NCBI RefSeq assembly: GCF_018350175.1
Contig: NC_058368.1
Location: 62,808,001-62,872,000 of the forward strand
DNA from: Felis catus
Lineage: Eukaryota
Reading direction: 5' to 3'
DNA length: 64,000 bases
Below are positions 36,479-49,487 of the stretch, in pieces. Under the pieces are notes generated by a model that saw only the letters and a list, made by a program, of their open reading frames with translations, was not told the DNA's origin and made no database searches. How positions within the stretch are numbered: position 1 is the stretch's first letter; the number at the start of each line of letters is the position of its first letter. Position numbers and translations under genes: made by a program.

Positions 36479-38138
36479 GATGAATCCTCAGACCATGATA
36501 TCCTGGAATATCTGATAGAAATAGTTAGAATTCCACTTGGAGGCAAGATGTCTGGGAAATGAGGAGGCATATAAAAGAAAGACCAAACCATAATTACCCA
36601 GGAAAGGCTCTGAAATCCTAAGTTTCTCCAAGAAAATACTCTGGGAGAGGTTTAAAACAGCAACAAAGGCCAGCACCCTCCACCACCACCACCACCAACA
36701 AAACGAACACAGCATAACACTCGGGCATAATGTGAAGGATTCTGTTAGAATATTTTGCTCAAAAAATAGTCTAATGATGTTGGAGGATTTTTAGTGGAAA
36801 GGCAGGGTTTACAAAGCCAACAAGTACTTTGTGAATTAAACTATAGAGACGGAAACTTAAATATGTGTAAATTAAAACAAACTACTGGCCACGGAAAGAA
36901 AAAAAAAGATTTGCCTTTAAGGTTAGGGTTTTAAGTCCTGGTTCTAGGTGACCGGCTTTGAAAAATTGCCTCCAATCTTCTTAAAAAGATCATATGTGGC
37001 TTTTGCTGTTTTTCTAAAACATTTATTGTAAAATGGATAGTTTCTTACCCATTACCTTTTATATTTCAAAAGCCAATAAAAATATTATCATTGAATAAAA
37101 TTGGGACATGTAATGTTTTACTTTTAAAGTTCATTATGATTTTTTTGATGCTTTAGATAGAGCTATGTGAGGTTATTAAGAGCTTGAGCAACCATATATT
37201 TAGGTCTACAAAAGTTGTTGAAATCCTACACTAAAACTAGTTATAAACTTAATATGAATGCATTATAAATCATTAGATTTTAAAAACATATTAAACTGAA
37301 ATATGCTAACATTATTAAAACTGTTGTATGTAAATTTGTTTTCATAAAAATCTAGGTAATCAGAAAAATATATGAATGAAAACAGAAGATTTTATTTGAA
37401 CTTTCTAGATCAAATTAATACGGAATATGTGATTTTTCTGATTATTAATGATTATAATATTTATTTTCACATACTCTATTTTAAATATATTTGGGGATTT
37501 GAAATATAGGATTAAAGAAATGGATTTATATTATCTCTTAGAAATTGGTAATACTATACTAAGGCCATCTGAATATACAAAATAAAAATACTAGAAACAA
37601 CTGCATATAAAATAAATCATGATTTTTACCCATGAGTTAAAAAAAGGATTTAATATAAAAACACAAAATCCTGTATTTACATGTCTTTCTCTGATAATAA
37701 TACAGGGTAATAATACTACTACTTGATCCTCTTACTTACACAGTAAAATTAAGACTTAAATTGATACCGGATAAGCTAATACTATTAGGAAAATCAAATG
37801 TGCTAATGTAACACACTGATGAGATTACTATAACAATACAGCATGTTACACTGATAAGAGAATATAGTGTATTACAAAAAAGAAGACAATTTTGAAGATT
37901 AGAAAAGAAAGCAAGACAAATTAAAAAGCATTAAGTCAGAATAGAATTTGATCAAATTAAAATTTAATTGAAAATATGAAAATATAAATGTCATATAGTA
38001 CTATATATTAAATAATATGTAGAAAGTTTGTCTAATTATAACATAGACATAATTTTATAAAATTAGAACTTATATATTTAAGTATCTCTATAATAAGTCA
38101 AAATGGAAATAAATTGGTTGCAACATGGAAGTCTTATG

Positions 38139-38317
38139 TTTTTTAGTGTTTATTTATTATTTTGAGGGGGCAAGGGCACAGAGAGAGGGAAACAGAGGAT
38201 CCGAACAGGGCTCTGCACTGACAGCAGCAAGCCCGATGTGGGTTCAAACTCACGAACTGAGAGATCATGACATGAGCCAAAGTTGGATGCTCAACAGATG
38301 AACCACCCAGGAAACCC
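38139..38317 (-). mobile_element. Can-SINE
   Basis: Antisense body. Confidence 0.92.
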
Positions 38318-38855
38318 AAAATGAAAGTCATATACAAAACTTTGGGAATTAACATGCTGGAATTTCCTTATCATCTTGAAGTAAACTAGTAAGGGGGCTC
38401 TTGTTTCTCTTTCAGTTGCTGAATATGATAATCAAGAAAAGACAATTGTCTTAGAGTCTTCACCAAGCTGGGACTTAGAATCATCCAATATTGTAATAAT
38501 AATTTCCTTGATTTGAAAGAAAACTAGAATAGTTAACTAAATGGTCCATCAGATAAGTAATAATAGAGTCACAAAGAATGATGATTTATGAGACATCTTA
38601 GAAAAAAATATACTATGCATACATATCTAGATACATCAAAAAAGCAAAGGAAATGTAAATATACTCTAGAGTTTTATTCAGTACTGTCAATATTCACATT
38701 AATATTGAATTGTTATCTTCCATTTATTTCTCACATAAATAAGTTTGCCATTTTCATTAGGAATGAAGTTATCCAGTGTAAGATAGAAGGTAAAGTATTG
38801 AAAAGAAAAAAAAAAAAACTGTACGAACACTTTAAAGTTGGATTGAGGGCAGAGC

Positions 38856-39070
38856 GGGGCACTTGATGGCTCAGTTGGTTATGTGCCGACTTCCGCTCAG
38901 GTCATGATCTCACTGTTCATGAATTCGAGTTGCGCGCCGGACTCTGTGCTGACAGCTCAGAGCCTGGAGCCTGCTTCCGATTCTGTGTCTCCCTCTCTTT
39001 CTGCCCCTCCCCTGCTCACGTTCTGTCTCCCTCTGTCTGTCTCAAAAATAAAATAAACATAAAAAAATAA
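38856..39070 (+). mobile_element. Felid Can-SINE
   Basis: Full body; first of a tandem pair. Confidence 0.95.
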
Positions 39071-39084
39071 TAAAGCTGGATTGA

Positions 39085-39302
39085 GGGGCACCTGGGTGGC
39101 TCAGTTGGTTAAGTGTCTGACTCTTGGTTTTGAGTCAGGTCATGATTTCAAGGGTTTGTGAGATCATGCCCCGCATTGGGCTCTCTGCTGACAGTGCAGA
39201 GCCTACTTGGGATTCTCTCTCTCCCTTTCTCTATTCCCCTCTTTGACTTGTACACTCTTTCTCTCTCAAAATAAATAAATAAACATTTAAAATAAGAATA
39301 AA
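39085..39302 (+). mobile_element. Can-SINE
   Basis: Full body; second of the tandem pair. Confidence 0.95.
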
Positions 39303-39568
39303 TAAAGTTGAATCAAATTGTACATATTTTAGCAAAATTATCTATCATCTAAAACTCCCCTCTAGATCTGTCACTGAAATATACTCAGATCAAGTCAGTC
39401 TATACTTAGATTGACAACCGGTGATACCTATAAAATAAGTGGATTCCATGCCGGGGGCAGTTTACTACAGACAGAATCGTTAACATTTTAATGTTTAAAC
39501 AACATTAATTAATAAAAAAATATTCATGTTTAAAAAAAAATTTTAAACTGAGTTGAATCCTTAGCAGC

Positions 39569-39783
39569 TTTTTTTTTTTTTAAGTTCATTTATTTTTGAG
39601 ACAGAGAGAGACAGAGCCTGAACGGGGGAGGGGCAGAGAGAGTGGGAGACACAGAATCGGAAGCAGGCTCCAGGCTCTGAGCCATCAGCCCAGAGCCCGA
39701 CGCCGGGCTGGAACTCAGGGACAGCGAGATCGTGACCTGAGCTGAAGTCGGACAGTTAACTGACTGAGCCACCCAGGCAGCCC
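39569..39783 (-). mobile_element. Young felid Can-SINE
   Basis: CpG-rich antisense body with poly-T. Confidence 0.96.
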
Positions 39784-41677
39784 TCATGTTTTAAAATTTT
39801 TATGTTAACATTTGTTGAGTCAGAAAAAAAGAATGCTTCCAAATAGTAATAGAGTCATGACAAAGCACAAAGAAGCCAACCAAAAGAAGTTGTGAAAATT
39901 TGAGCATTAAAAGAAAAATAATAGCTGCATTTAATTAAAATACATTGAATTGATGTAAAGTCCATAATAATCCACCAAAGGATAAGTTAACATAAAGCAT
40001 TTTAAATGAAGATTAGTATAAGAAAAATATGATTATTTTGAGCCCTCTTACTTATATGGTATTACTGACACATTTTTTAAATCAATAGAATATATAGAAA
40101 TTAGTTAACATTATAAACAAAAGTTGGAAGATCTTCTCTGACTCAAGGAAAATATCAGTTTAATAAGCATATTTGTCAAATAAAACCATGCAAAATATCT
40201 GAAAATCAATTGAATATAATCTTAATTACCTTTAAGTGTTCCATGAGACTAATAACATGAAGGGGAAAAAAAGGCAAGAACTAATCAAGGCTAAAAGTCC
40301 TTAAGTTAAATACATATAGTTAGGGATTCTATTAAGTTTTAAAGTCTTCAGAGTTAGGGGAAAGACATTTATGTAACTTAGTTTGTCAACTAGAATGGAG
40401 ATGCATATTTTTATAAGTAGATGATTAAGGAATAGGTGTAGCTTAAATCCAACATATATGCTAAGTGATCGCATACTTCCTGGAGTAATAAAATTATTCA
40501 CACAACCACTAAAACTATGGTTTAGAGTGTCCCATCCAGTTACTACATCTAGTCTAACTCTCCCGTAGTATGTACTCTAAATTAATTGGGATGGCAATAA
40601 ACTTCTTCCTTAATGGATAAGCATTTTTTAAGCCTGAGAAGACTTTGGACTAGGCAGAGAAATATTTATGAGAATCAACCCCATAGTATTAATATTATAG
40701 CATTAAAAAGGAAGTTTTGCATATTTGCTAATTTATATGCTTGCAATGCATTAAAGATTTTGGCTTTTTACCATGATAGCATTGTAACTTTAATCTGAAA
40801 AGTTAAAAGTTAAAGTTAATTTGAAAAGTACTTTTATTTAGGTAATAAAACAAATTTTATATGAAATGAATACAAAATAAGATTTGTCAGCTGAATGTAA
40901 AAGTTATTACCTTATGGGGGCTTTAGCTCAGAGAGGAAAGTGATTACTCTGTATAATAATCCACTACAAATTGAAGACTATGATGAAATCGTAAAGGTCT
41001 TGCATGAATCTGTGCATCAACTACTCTCAGGACTTTTGTTAGAGACCTGAAAAACACTAAGCTAATTTCCCACTGTAAAAGTAATGCATTCTTTCCAATG
41101 TCTTACAGTGGCTACTGCAGTTACAGTTATTTCTGGAAAATACTTTAATACAATAATATATACATTTATGGAAGGTATAACCATAAAGGGAAGAAAGGAA
41201 GAGGAAATCAATACTATCATAATGAAACAGCAATATGTATTGATAGTTTCCATCAATCCCAATGCTGGGAGGGGTTCCAAAGGTTTCATCTATACTCTTT
41301 TAGACTATCTTGGGTATCAGAAGGAGATGAAGCTACTTAAGTTGTGGGAAGAAACTGGAATGTGATCTCAGCCTGTAGTATGTGAGAATTCTCATCCTTC
41401 TTTCCTGTGATGTATTTTGGCATATGATGAAAGATTTTATGAAGGTATTTTAAAACTAATTTTGAGTCTGTGCTTTTAATTTCTACTACAAGAAATTTGT
41501 TGGTTATATTAGGGTCTGTTTTTAACATACAAATAATAGGATTCTGATTAAAGGTAATGTTAGGATGTGTCATTATTTTTTTGAGTATAACATACTCTTT
41601 TGGTACATTGGAGGATGGAAAGGAAGGATTCTTGTGGATTTAGAGAGACCACTTACAGTGGCATCCAGGAAAAGGTT

Positions 41678-41765
41678 TTTATGGACTGAATGTGTAGCCC
41701 CAAATTCATATATTGAAGACCTAATGGGATAACATTTGGAGATGGGGCCTCTGGGAAGCAGAGTT
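41678..41765 (+). mobile_element. MLT1A/B-like LTR 5' fragment
   Basis: 'atggactgaatgtgt...ccccaaattcatatattgaag...tttggagatggggcct'. Confidence 0.7.
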
Positions 41766-42575
41766 AATTTACTTTGGAGATTAAATGAATTAAACATTAA
41801 TCCAGATAAATACTAAAATTTATTTGTATAAAACTGAGAAAATGTATGATCAATCACATATAATTAAATCTCAACCTTTAAAATGTAATTTAATTATTTG
41901 TTGAGTTTAATGAAACTGTCTTCCTTACAAAGCATTTCACATGTGAAAGCTACTCATATAACATAAATAAGAAAAAAGTTACTAACCAGATTTAATAAAG
42001 CATTGGTTTGATATGTTAATTAATGCTCAACTCATGTTTCTAAGATAGTTTATCTTTTTTCTAAAATGACATATACACCAATCACAATGTAATATGAATT
42101 TCTTCTGAAGAATCAACTTTTACATTTTGTCCAGATATTATTTCTTATTTTATATTATAAATTTATTATTTCATACTCTTTCTATTTTATATCTACCTGA
42201 GCCAAGAATTATGTCTATCTCACATAATATTGTAAGTTTGATTCTAAAAGTTTTTATTTATTTTCAGTTGATCATCTTGGCAACTGGTCACCGTCTTGCT
42301 ATTTCTCACCTTTAAGCTCCATAAGAGAAAGGACAGTCATTTCTCCTAGGCATCACCCAGAATGAATTTACACGTAAGTTTTTGAGATTTTGAGCCAGGT
42401 CACATCATATGGCACAAATCAGACTGTATATTATCTTCCATTGGAGATGTCCACCACTAGCCCATCAGCTGAGGCTGAGGTGATTGGATTCCACATAAGT
42501 TTAAAGAATTACCAAATGCATCTCTCTGGAAAGGAGTCATTCATGTGGAAATTTCATTAAAAGAGGCTGAGAATA

Positions 42576-42678
42576 GGAGTCTCTGACTGGCTCAGTTGGT
42601 AAAGCATGCAACTCTTGATCTTGGGGTCATGAGTTGGAGCCCCACATTGGATGTAGAGATTACTAAAGAAAAAAAAAA
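42576..42678 (+). mobile_element. Short Can-SINE variant lacking (CT)n
   Basis: 'ctggctcagttggtaaagcatgcaactcttgatc...gtagagattact' + A tail; TSD aaaagaggctgagaat / aaaagatgctagagaat. Confidence 0.88.
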
Positions 42679-42907
42679 GATGCTAGAGAATGACAAACCT
42701 GCTGAGCATCATAAACCTTTTTCAAAACACATGTGTATTCTTTCACACACACAGATAAAAGTAATACTATACATGGAAAAGTATAGTCTCCACAACTAGA
42801 GGCAGAATAACTCCATTGTATGTATACTCCACTTGGCAGCCTGTATCAGGGAATTCAGTCACCACTGAATGTGACAAAAAGCTACTGGTACTAAGAAGCA
42901 TACCATA

Positions 42908-43163
42908 GGGGCACCTGGGTGGCTCAGTCGGTTAAGTTGTCTGACTCTTCATTCTGGCTCAGGTCATGATCTCACAATTCATGGATTCAAGTCCCATGTT
43001 GGGCTCCATGATGACAGTGCAGAGCCTGCTTGGAATTCTCTCTCTTCCTCTCTGTCTGCCCCTCTCTAGCTTGTGCTCTCTCTCTCTCTTTCTGCATCTT
43101 TCTCAAAATAAATATTCAAATATTAAAAAGGAAGAAGAAGAAGAAGAAGAAGAAGAAGAAGAA
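42908..43163 (+). mobile_element. Can-SINE with (GAA)n tail
   Basis: Full body; (GAA)n 43131-43169; TSD aagaagcatac / aagaatcatac. Confidence 0.95.
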
Positions 43164-43279
43164 GAAGAATCATACAAACCAGCTAATTGTGTTTAGAGAC
43201 CAGGAAGGTAACCAGACACTTTAGAGCATACTGGGGAAAAAAAAAAAAAAAAAAAAAAAGAACATCATGAAAAGAAATA

Positions 43280-43960
43280 AGCCAGACATAGGCAGGGGTA
43301 AATAATATAGGCTCTTGCAGATGATGGTCACAATGTTTTTCTTTTTATTCTAAGATTAATGACAATCCCTTTGCACTTTAGAGTAGAGGCATGATGTGAC
43401 CCAGTAATACTTTAAAAACATTACATAGAGCTATAGAAAGAAATAGAAAAAGTGGAAGCAAAGAGATTATTAAGGGACCCACTATTGTAATAGAGGCAGG
43501 AAACTATGTGGCCTTGGATCAAGACTATAGGGAGGGAGATGGTGATGAAATTTTTTAATTTCATTTTTTAATTGATTCGTTTTTTTAATTCATTTTTAAT
43601 TTCATTTTTAATTTATTATTTGGAAATAGTGCTGATAGCATATACTGAAGAATTAGATATAGAGTTTGAGGGAAAAGAATCAACTGTATCTTCCACGTTT
43701 GAGATGGAGTAATTGGTGCATTGGTTAAGTGGTGTCGCTTAACAAGGGAACAGACTGTAGGAGATAGCTCAACAGCTTTATTTTATCTGTATTTCACTGA
43801 GATTAATGGCTGTACCTCCAGGTTTTCATGCCAAACAAGTGGTGGGAGATAATGAATCTAGAGCTCAGTATGTAGGTCTAGCTCATTGCACAGTTACAGC
43901 ATCTAGTGCCTTGTAGCTCCATAGTAAAATCACCTAAAAATACCGTGTAAACAGAGGAGA
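43280..43960 (-). mobile_element. L2 fragment
   Basis: 'gtggaagcaaagaga...tattgtaata...gtggccttggatcaag...gaattagatata...gagggaaaagaatcaa'. Confidence 0.7.
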
Positions 43961-44449
43961 AAAGCAAAGTGAAACTTCAATAGTTTGCTTATGACATGGA
44001 GTAGGGAGTTTTCTCTGGATCTTGTTATGGAATGTGCTCATCTGGTATATCTCTGATCTTATAGTTTCATTACATTTCTATTTTTTTGAGCCTCTGACTT
44101 CCTGCCAAGCAAATTTGACATCTGGACCTCATTCAAGGAGTTGCCGCAGGAAAGTACGGGGGCCAGCTCAGATTTCTTTCCAGGACTAAATCCCAAGTCA
44201 TTGAAGACTGCTCCCATGTCAGCCACACATTTTGATATCCTCACGCTTCTAGTACAACACCCTCAAAATCAACTTTTTCAGGGATTCCCTTTATCCTGCC
44301 AATACATATTAGCCAGATCTTGCAATTCATTTAATGAATAAAGTATTTTCTTCCTATGCAAGGTTTATTTTTCTCTGCAAAGGCTATTCTGAGACCGGGC
44401 TCTAAATCATCGACCTAGAGGCAGTGAAGGGTAAACAATGAGTTGATAT

Positions 44450-45050
44450 GGTAAGTTTCCTTATGCTCATCTTCAGTAGCAATCAGAGAAAGGAAATATT
44501 TAAGCCACAATGAGACACCGCTAGCTGGCAAAACTTAAAAAGGTTGAAAGAATGCAGTGCCTGAAAAGGTATAGAGCAAAGAGACTTTGCATTAACTGAT
44601 GGCCAAAGCCTGAAATGGTAAAAAGGCATTATTTAGTAAATTCAAACATGTGCAAACATGATGACTCAATATTTTTGCTCCTAGGTATATAGCTTAAAGG
44701 AAACCATGTGCAGAATACATGTACAAGGAAGTTCATAGCACTCATAATGGCCCCAAACTGGAAACAAAGCAAATGTCTCTGTATAGTAAACAAATGCGTA
44801 CATTATTTTAATGAAATCAAAATAGAAAATATGGAAGATGTACAAAAACAAAGAAGAATAACTACATTCCAGTTCTATAAGTTCACAGACAAAATGACCA
44901 TCTTGCTAAGGGAGGCAATCATAAATAGTAAACTATGAAGAAAAGCAAGGAAATGATAACTTTGAAAGTTTAGGAATCTTGGGTAAGAAAGGAGAAATTT
45001 ACTGGGAAGAGAGACACAATGCAAGGAATATACGTTTCTAGGATTCTGAG
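44450..45050 (+). mobile_element. L1ME-like ORF2 end / 3' UTR
   Basis: 'ccacaatgagacacc', 'ctcctaggtatata', 'atgtacaaggaagttcatagca', 'ccaaactggaaacaa'. Confidence 0.75.
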
Positions 45051-45276
45051 TGCCCCATTTGGTAAGGGCCAGTTGTCAGTCAGATGGAGTTTCTGTGTGT
45101 TAACCCAAACCCCACAACCTTATCAGAGGTTGCTTCCAGCAGTACAGAGGGAAGTATGTCTTTTCTGTAATGTAAATATACTTTATTATACGAATAAAAT
45201 ACAAATATATCAATTATTGAGATTATTACCACTAAGACATCTTTAAAACACTTAACACCCACGATTACTATATCCA

Positions 45277-45385
45277 TTGGTCACCCATTTCAGTTGGCTA
45301 GGGATCATCCAGTTTTACTGCTGAAAGTTCTGGTTCCAGGAAATTCCTCAGTCCTGAGAAAACTGCAGAAGACAGTTCAGGATTG
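45277..45385. mobile_element. MER81-like hAT-Blackjack MITE
   Basis: 'ccagttttactgctgaaagttc...ccaggaaattcctcagtcctgagaaaactg'. Confidence 0.6.
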
Positions 45386-45527
45386 AAATTACATTGTTTA
45401 TACCTATCAAGACTGTTAGGGACTTACCAAAGCTCTCTGCAGGGAAAGCATTCCAAATTTCCCTACTGTGGAAGATGGACTGAGCCATAGGAGATGTTCC
45501 AGCATCAACTAGAATAAAAAGTTATGA

Positions 45528-45712
45528 GGGTCTCCTGGGGGGCTCAGTCAGTTTGGCATCTAACTCTTGATTTTGTCTCAGGTCATGATCCCAGGGTCAT
45601 GGGATCAATCCCTGAGTCCACACTCAGTGTGGAGCCTGCTTAAGATTCTCTCTCTCTCTCCCTGCCTCTCTCCTCCACTCACACTTTCTCTCTCTAAAAC
45701 AAATAAAATAAA
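45528..45712 (+). mobile_element. Can-SINE (older subfamily)
   Basis: Full body with (TAAAA)n tail. Confidence 0.92.
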
Positions 45713-46321
45713 ATAAAATAGGTATGAAGATAAAAATACTCAGAGATTTAATAGATTTTAAGAATTAAGTCATCAAGCTTCCATTTATTCATTCTTCTTT
45801 GAGAATTTTTTATAAAATCATTCTAATGAAAAGTTTTGCATTATGATAAATTTAGCTATTTTCTTCCTTTTATTAACTGTGAAAAACAGCTAATCATTTA
45901 AATTTTGAACATAGCAGTCAAGAAAGTATAATCTGTCTCTGCAATGGGGCAATGAAACAGCATGAATGAATGTCTGAAACCTGGAAAGCTCAGGGCCATA
46001 GCAGTGTTGTGATGGTAATTTTTAGGTACAGCCTCAGTGCTACTACTTGTGGGTTAACCACTGTCAGGTATGTTTACAAAAGAAAGAAGCCACAAAAAAG
46101 AAATGCAGTGTTTAGTAGCACTATTAGAAGACTTCAAACCTTTCACCAAAATAGAACAAATACGTTCAAATACGTAAAAATGGCAAAAAAGAGAGAGGAC
46201 AATAATCAGATAAACACAATATATTTCAGGAATATGTAAAGATTCATGGACTCTGAATATACAAATTAACATTGAAACGTGTAAAAAATAAATATTTTAC
46301 TTAAAACTATTTAACATTTTT

Positions 46322-46535
46322 GGTGTGCCTGGGTGACCCAGTCGGTTAAGCATCCAACCCTTTGTTTCAGCTCAGGTCATGATCTCATGGTTTGTGGGTT
46401 AGAGTCCCCATACCAGGCTCCACACTGGGATTCTCTCTCTCTCTCCCCCTCCCTCTCCCCCTCACTCTCTGTCCCTCCCCTATTCTTATTTATATTCTCT
46501 CTCTTTCAAAATAAATAAATAAAACTTAAAAAATA
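46322..46535 (+). mobile_element. Can-SINE
   Basis: Full head, internal deletion, A tail. Confidence 0.92.
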
Positions 46536-46545
46536 ATATCTAAAA

Positions 46546-46740
46546 GGGACACCTGGGTAGCTCAGTCTGTTAGGTGTCTGACTCTTGATCTCAGTTCAGG
46601 TCTTGATCTCAGGGTCTTGAGTTCAAGCCCAAATCATTGGGCTGTGTGCTGGATGTGGAGCCTACTTAAAAATTAATATAATATAATATAATATAATATA
46701 ATATAATATAATATATAACAATATATAATAAATACAATAA
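46546..46740 (+). mobile_element. Short Can-SINE variant with (ATATA)n tail
   Basis: 'gggacacctgggtagctcag...ggagcctacttaaaa' followed by a pentamer array. Confidence 0.9.
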
Positions 46741-47552
46741 ATATATAAAAGTTTATAATATAGATTGTAAAATTAAGTAATTTAGCTTTTAATGTGAATG
46801 AAAATACACCTGGTAAAACATGTATTTCTTTGTATTAACAGCAATGAACTTTTTCCTCTTTGATTCAACTTTTCAATATTGTGAAGAATTCTAACCAGGA
46901 AACAGTCCAAGCTAATATGTTTAAAAGCATGTACTTTTATGGAATTATTAATCATTCTTAACCATAATATTTTATTATTGATTATAGAATGTGAACCAAT
47001 GAGCAGGATAATTTTATGAGATCAAGTTCAAATGTCACCCAACCCTTAAATCTGTACTCTACCTCCTAGACATACCAACAGGCTAAACTATTTTCTATTC
47101 TATTGGAATCCACTCATTCTGGCCTCCTCAAGGTTTTTATATCTGAAACTATTATCTTTTCTTTCTTTTTTCTCTTGTATCAACAGTTTTTTTTTCTGCA
47201 TCTTCCTGAGGTAATTCCCAATAGTACTTGAGAATTTATATGATCTCCTAGTCATAATAAGTATACAACTAAACACATAAATACAAAAATAGCAAAATAA
47301 AATAAAATACGCATAATGCCCCCTCCCCCATCTTCAGGACACTGTAAATTGGTACATATTAATCATGGAAAATTAAACCATTCCTCAAATTAATTATATT
47401 TTCCTTTTAATAAGATCAACTACAATTATTTTTATTAAGTAGATTTGGTCAAGATCTTTGGGCCTATGTTGAAAGGAAATTAATAACATATATTAATCCC
47501 CTGGATGATCCTACTTTTGCTTAGGAATCTGTTCCCTAGCATTCCACTGAAA

Positions 47553-47556
<4 letters not shown>

Positions 47557-47593
<37 letters not shown>
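47557..47593. repeat. (GA)n microsatellite
   Basis: Seen directly. Confidence 0.96.
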
Positions 47594-47596
<3 letters not shown>

Positions 47597-47949
47597 CTTT
47601 TGTTTCCCCCAAACAGAAAAAAAACAAAATTGGATTTCAACATTTCAACTTAGGTCCAACTCTGCACTAGAAAATGTAATTAAATAGAACACTCTCTCTC
47701 ATACTACCTGGTATGTTAATCTCAGCAGATTACAATAACAATTTCTTATTTGCCCTTAGTTATTAAATAACAACCATAGCTCTGTGGTACAGAGACATTG
47801 CTAGTGGCCATCTGAATAGAGTACAGGTAATGTTTAAATTCTGCTTGTCAGTAAAGGAAAGTGAAGGGAACATGAAAATTTTGGCTGGTTTTCCACATGT
47901 TGGTTAAAAATTTGAACATATTTTGATTAACTAATATTGTTTGGTCTGC

Positions 47950-48034
47950 CTATTCTATTCTATTCTATTCTATTCTATTCTATTCCATTCCATTCCATTC
48001 CATTCCATTCCATTCCATTCCATCCAATTCTATT
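47950..48034. repeat. (CTATT)n(CCATT)n pentanucleotide array
   Basis: Seen directly. Confidence 0.96.
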
Positions 48035-48327
48035 AAATTGTAAAATATCCTAATTAAATTATATTCATCCTATTCAAATTAAATTATATTGATTTGTGTT
48101 GAATGACAAATCAGTTTATGCAGTTTATGCATACTGCAACATTGTAATTATTGGGTGGGTAGGGATGCTATTATAAAAGTGCTCTTTTGCTTAAAATTCT
48201 CCTAGATTGATCTGAAGAAAACAAAGTCCATGGCTGTTTGCATTTACCAAACAAAAGAGTGAGTGATAAGGGACCAATTACTAATTTTATTAAGTAATTT
48301 TCTGCATGTTTCAGTCATCCATAATTT

Positions 48328-48452
48328 TTTTTAAGTAGGCTCCATGTCCAGTGTGGAGCCCAATGTGGGGCTTGAACTCACAACCCTGAGATCAAGACCT
48401 GAGTTGAGATCAAGAGTCAGACACTTAACCAACTGAATCACCTGGGTGCACC
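48328..48452 (-). mobile_element. Short Can-SINE variant
   Basis: Antisense body; perfect TSD agtcatccataattt. Confidence 0.93.
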
Positions 48453-48469
48453 TTAGTCATCCATAATTT

Positions 48470-48596
48470 AAAGAAAAGAAAAGAAAAGAAAAGAAAAGAG
48501 AAGAGAAGAGAAGAGAAGAGAAGAGAAGAGAAGAGAAGAAAAGAAAAGAAAAGAAAAGAAAAGAAAAGAAAAGAAAAGAAAAGAAAAGAAAAGAAA
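48470..48596. repeat. (AAAAG)n(AAGAG)n(AAAAG)n array
   Basis: Seen directly. Confidence 0.97.
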
Positions 48597-49262
48597 CATT
48601 TAGCCTATGGAATATAGCACAGAAAGGAAAATATCAGTTTTACAGCACTGAATCTGAATTCTTGCTGAAACATATCAGGAGGTCACCAACAGTCCATCTT
48701 TAAATTTGGGTTTATGAATAAATGACTATAAAATCTGACCTTTGAAACTCAAATAGTTTTTTTTTTTATAGTGGAAACTTAGAAGTGGGGTTTACTCTTC
48801 AGAACATTCAGGCATTTGTTTACATCTTGGGTATGCCTGTTACATGTGGTACAGTGTTAAACAATTTACTTAAATTCGGTATAAGAGAATCAAACTCATG
48901 GAGTGTTGTTTGATTAAATGACAAAAATGTCTATAAAGTGCTTAGCCATATACTTGGTGAACATTATTATTAATAATTATACCATTGATATTTGCAAGAA
49001 ATTCAGAATATCAGAAAAACCATTATGTAGTGTAACAGTGAAAAGCTGTTTAGATCTGTTTTCCCTTTGAAGAAAGAAAGATCTAAAGTATTCTACATTA
49101 TCTGTTTGATTTTTTCCTTGTTTTTTCAATTGAATAAAATCAACTGAGAGTATGAAAAAACAAAATAAAACAGCCTCCAAAAAATAGTATTTAGCTTCAT
49201 ATGTTGAGAATAACTATTTGCAAAAAAAACTTAACTACTCTTTTTAAAATTTTTTTACTTTT

Positions 49263-49487
49263 GGGGGTGCCTGGGTGACTCAGTCGGTTAAACGTCTGAC
49301 TTCAACTCAGGTCATGATCTCACAGGTTGTGAGTTCGAACCCCACGTTGGGCTCTGTGCTGACAGCTCTGTGCTGAAGCAGGCTTCAGACTCTGTGTCTC
49401 CCTTTCTCTTTGCTCCTTCCCCACTAGCGCTCTGTCTGGCTGTCTGCCTCTCTCTCAAAAATAAACATTAAAAAAAATGAAAAAAAT
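49263..49487 (+). mobile_element. Felid Can-SINE
   Basis: Full body; TSD aaattttttactttt / aaattttgactttt. Confidence 0.95.

Noticed and set aside
43550..43620. Degenerate ttttaatt(t)ca tandem repeats
   Set aside because: Ordinary slippage in T-rich DNA; no unique spacers, so not CRISPR-like.
47950..48034. (CCATT)n resembling human satellite III
   Set aside because: Under 100 bp and derived from adjacent (CTATT)n; a simple microsatellite.
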